A DNA stretch of 64,000 bases from the IMG/VR virus record IMGVR_UViG_3300037755_000308, positions 3,061 to 67,060 of that record; one strand, given 5' to 3'. Positions within the stretch are counted from its first letter, which is position 1; every line of letters begins with the position of its first letter. Of the stretch, positions 63,402-64,000 are shown piece by piece. The notes beneath the pieces are model-generated. The model had not been told where the DNA came from, did no database searches, and saw nothing but the letters and a program-made list of their open reading frames with translations. Source of the DNA: a virus (lineage: Duplodnaviria > Caudoviricetes). The translations under genes were made by a program, and so were the position numbers.

Positions 63402-64000
63402 TGGTAGATAAGAAGACAGTAGCAAACATGAGCATACGGTTAGCTATGTAGAGCGACACAATGCAATAGGAGGTAGGCGACAGCACAGCAGATGACGATG
63501 GGTAGGCGACGGCATATGCGGGCATCATAATGCGCGGGCCACTATAGAGCGGTCCTCATATCCAGGTGCGATCGGCGCACTCGATGATTTTATAGGCTGG
63601 CAGATGTGGATGTGGCCACGATTCTGCGGCAACGCGGTTGGTGCTGGCGAGATCGTTAGTCGCTCTTGGCTCGAGCTTGGGTGATATAAGCGGAGACAAT
63701 ACGCACGATCCCGGTATATGGAGATCAAAACCTACATGAAATACCAAATCCAAATCCAAAACCAAATCCAAAACTAGAGCGAAAAATGAGCGAAAAAAGC
63801 GTAAAATCCGATGAAATAAGTTGTGGCGAGTGCGGAGATGAATGGAGCATGAAGTTACAGGATCATTCCTAATGAAATTTCGCCATCCATTTCGCACTTT
63901 TCATGTTAACTCGTTGATATCATTCATTTCTGGTTGTTCGATGGATACTTCGGGAAAATCTCTATATATATATATAATCAATAATATTTGACATTTGGTC

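Noticed and set aside
63556-63897. 113-aa - strand ORF
   Set aside because: It is built partly from low-complexity repeats (LDLVLDLDL), has no RBS, and lies antisense to the local promoter; probably spurious.

Overview
The window is almost entirely a lytic siphovirus-type phage genome. No integrase, repressor, tRNA or CRISPR array was recognised. The host is probably an alphaproteobacterium (Hyphomicrobiales-like), inferred from an Omp25/RopB-like porin, a DUF3309-like peptide, a B12-dependent RNR and the tail/lysis architecture. Positions 1-33.5 kb are on the + strand and carry replication, recombination and nucleotide-metabolism genes plus many small early genes: a 5'-truncated primase-helicase, RuvC-like resolvase, HNH, ATP ligase, SNF2 helicase, PD-(D/E)XK nuclease, Sak4-like ATPase, SSB, UDG-fused PolA, class II RNR, dNMP kinase and ThyX. 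This arm also holds a complete 7-deazaguanine pathway (queD, queC, queE, folE and a divergent TGT-fold DpdA-like gene), which predicts dPreQ0-modified DNA. Positions 33.6-59.8 kb are on the - strand and carry the lysis, tail, neck, head and terminase genes. Positions 60-64 kb form a divergent regulatory/early region. The most unusual observations are: (1) a truncated ANL (AMP-binding, acyl-CoA synthetase-like) domain in the tail-fibre chaperone slot of the tail module; (2) an array of about 10 CTAAGATCTTAG palindromes that surrounds and runs in frame through a small HTH gene, one of three paralogous HTH genes; (3) a six-copy dispersed ~21-33 bp motif; (4) a five-copy promoter family with a conserved spacer box; (5) a phage-encoded outer-membrane beta-barrel inserted among the neck genes; (6) a head-closure protein fused to a fibre-like domain. 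All protein calls come from motif recognition by eye; no database search was run.
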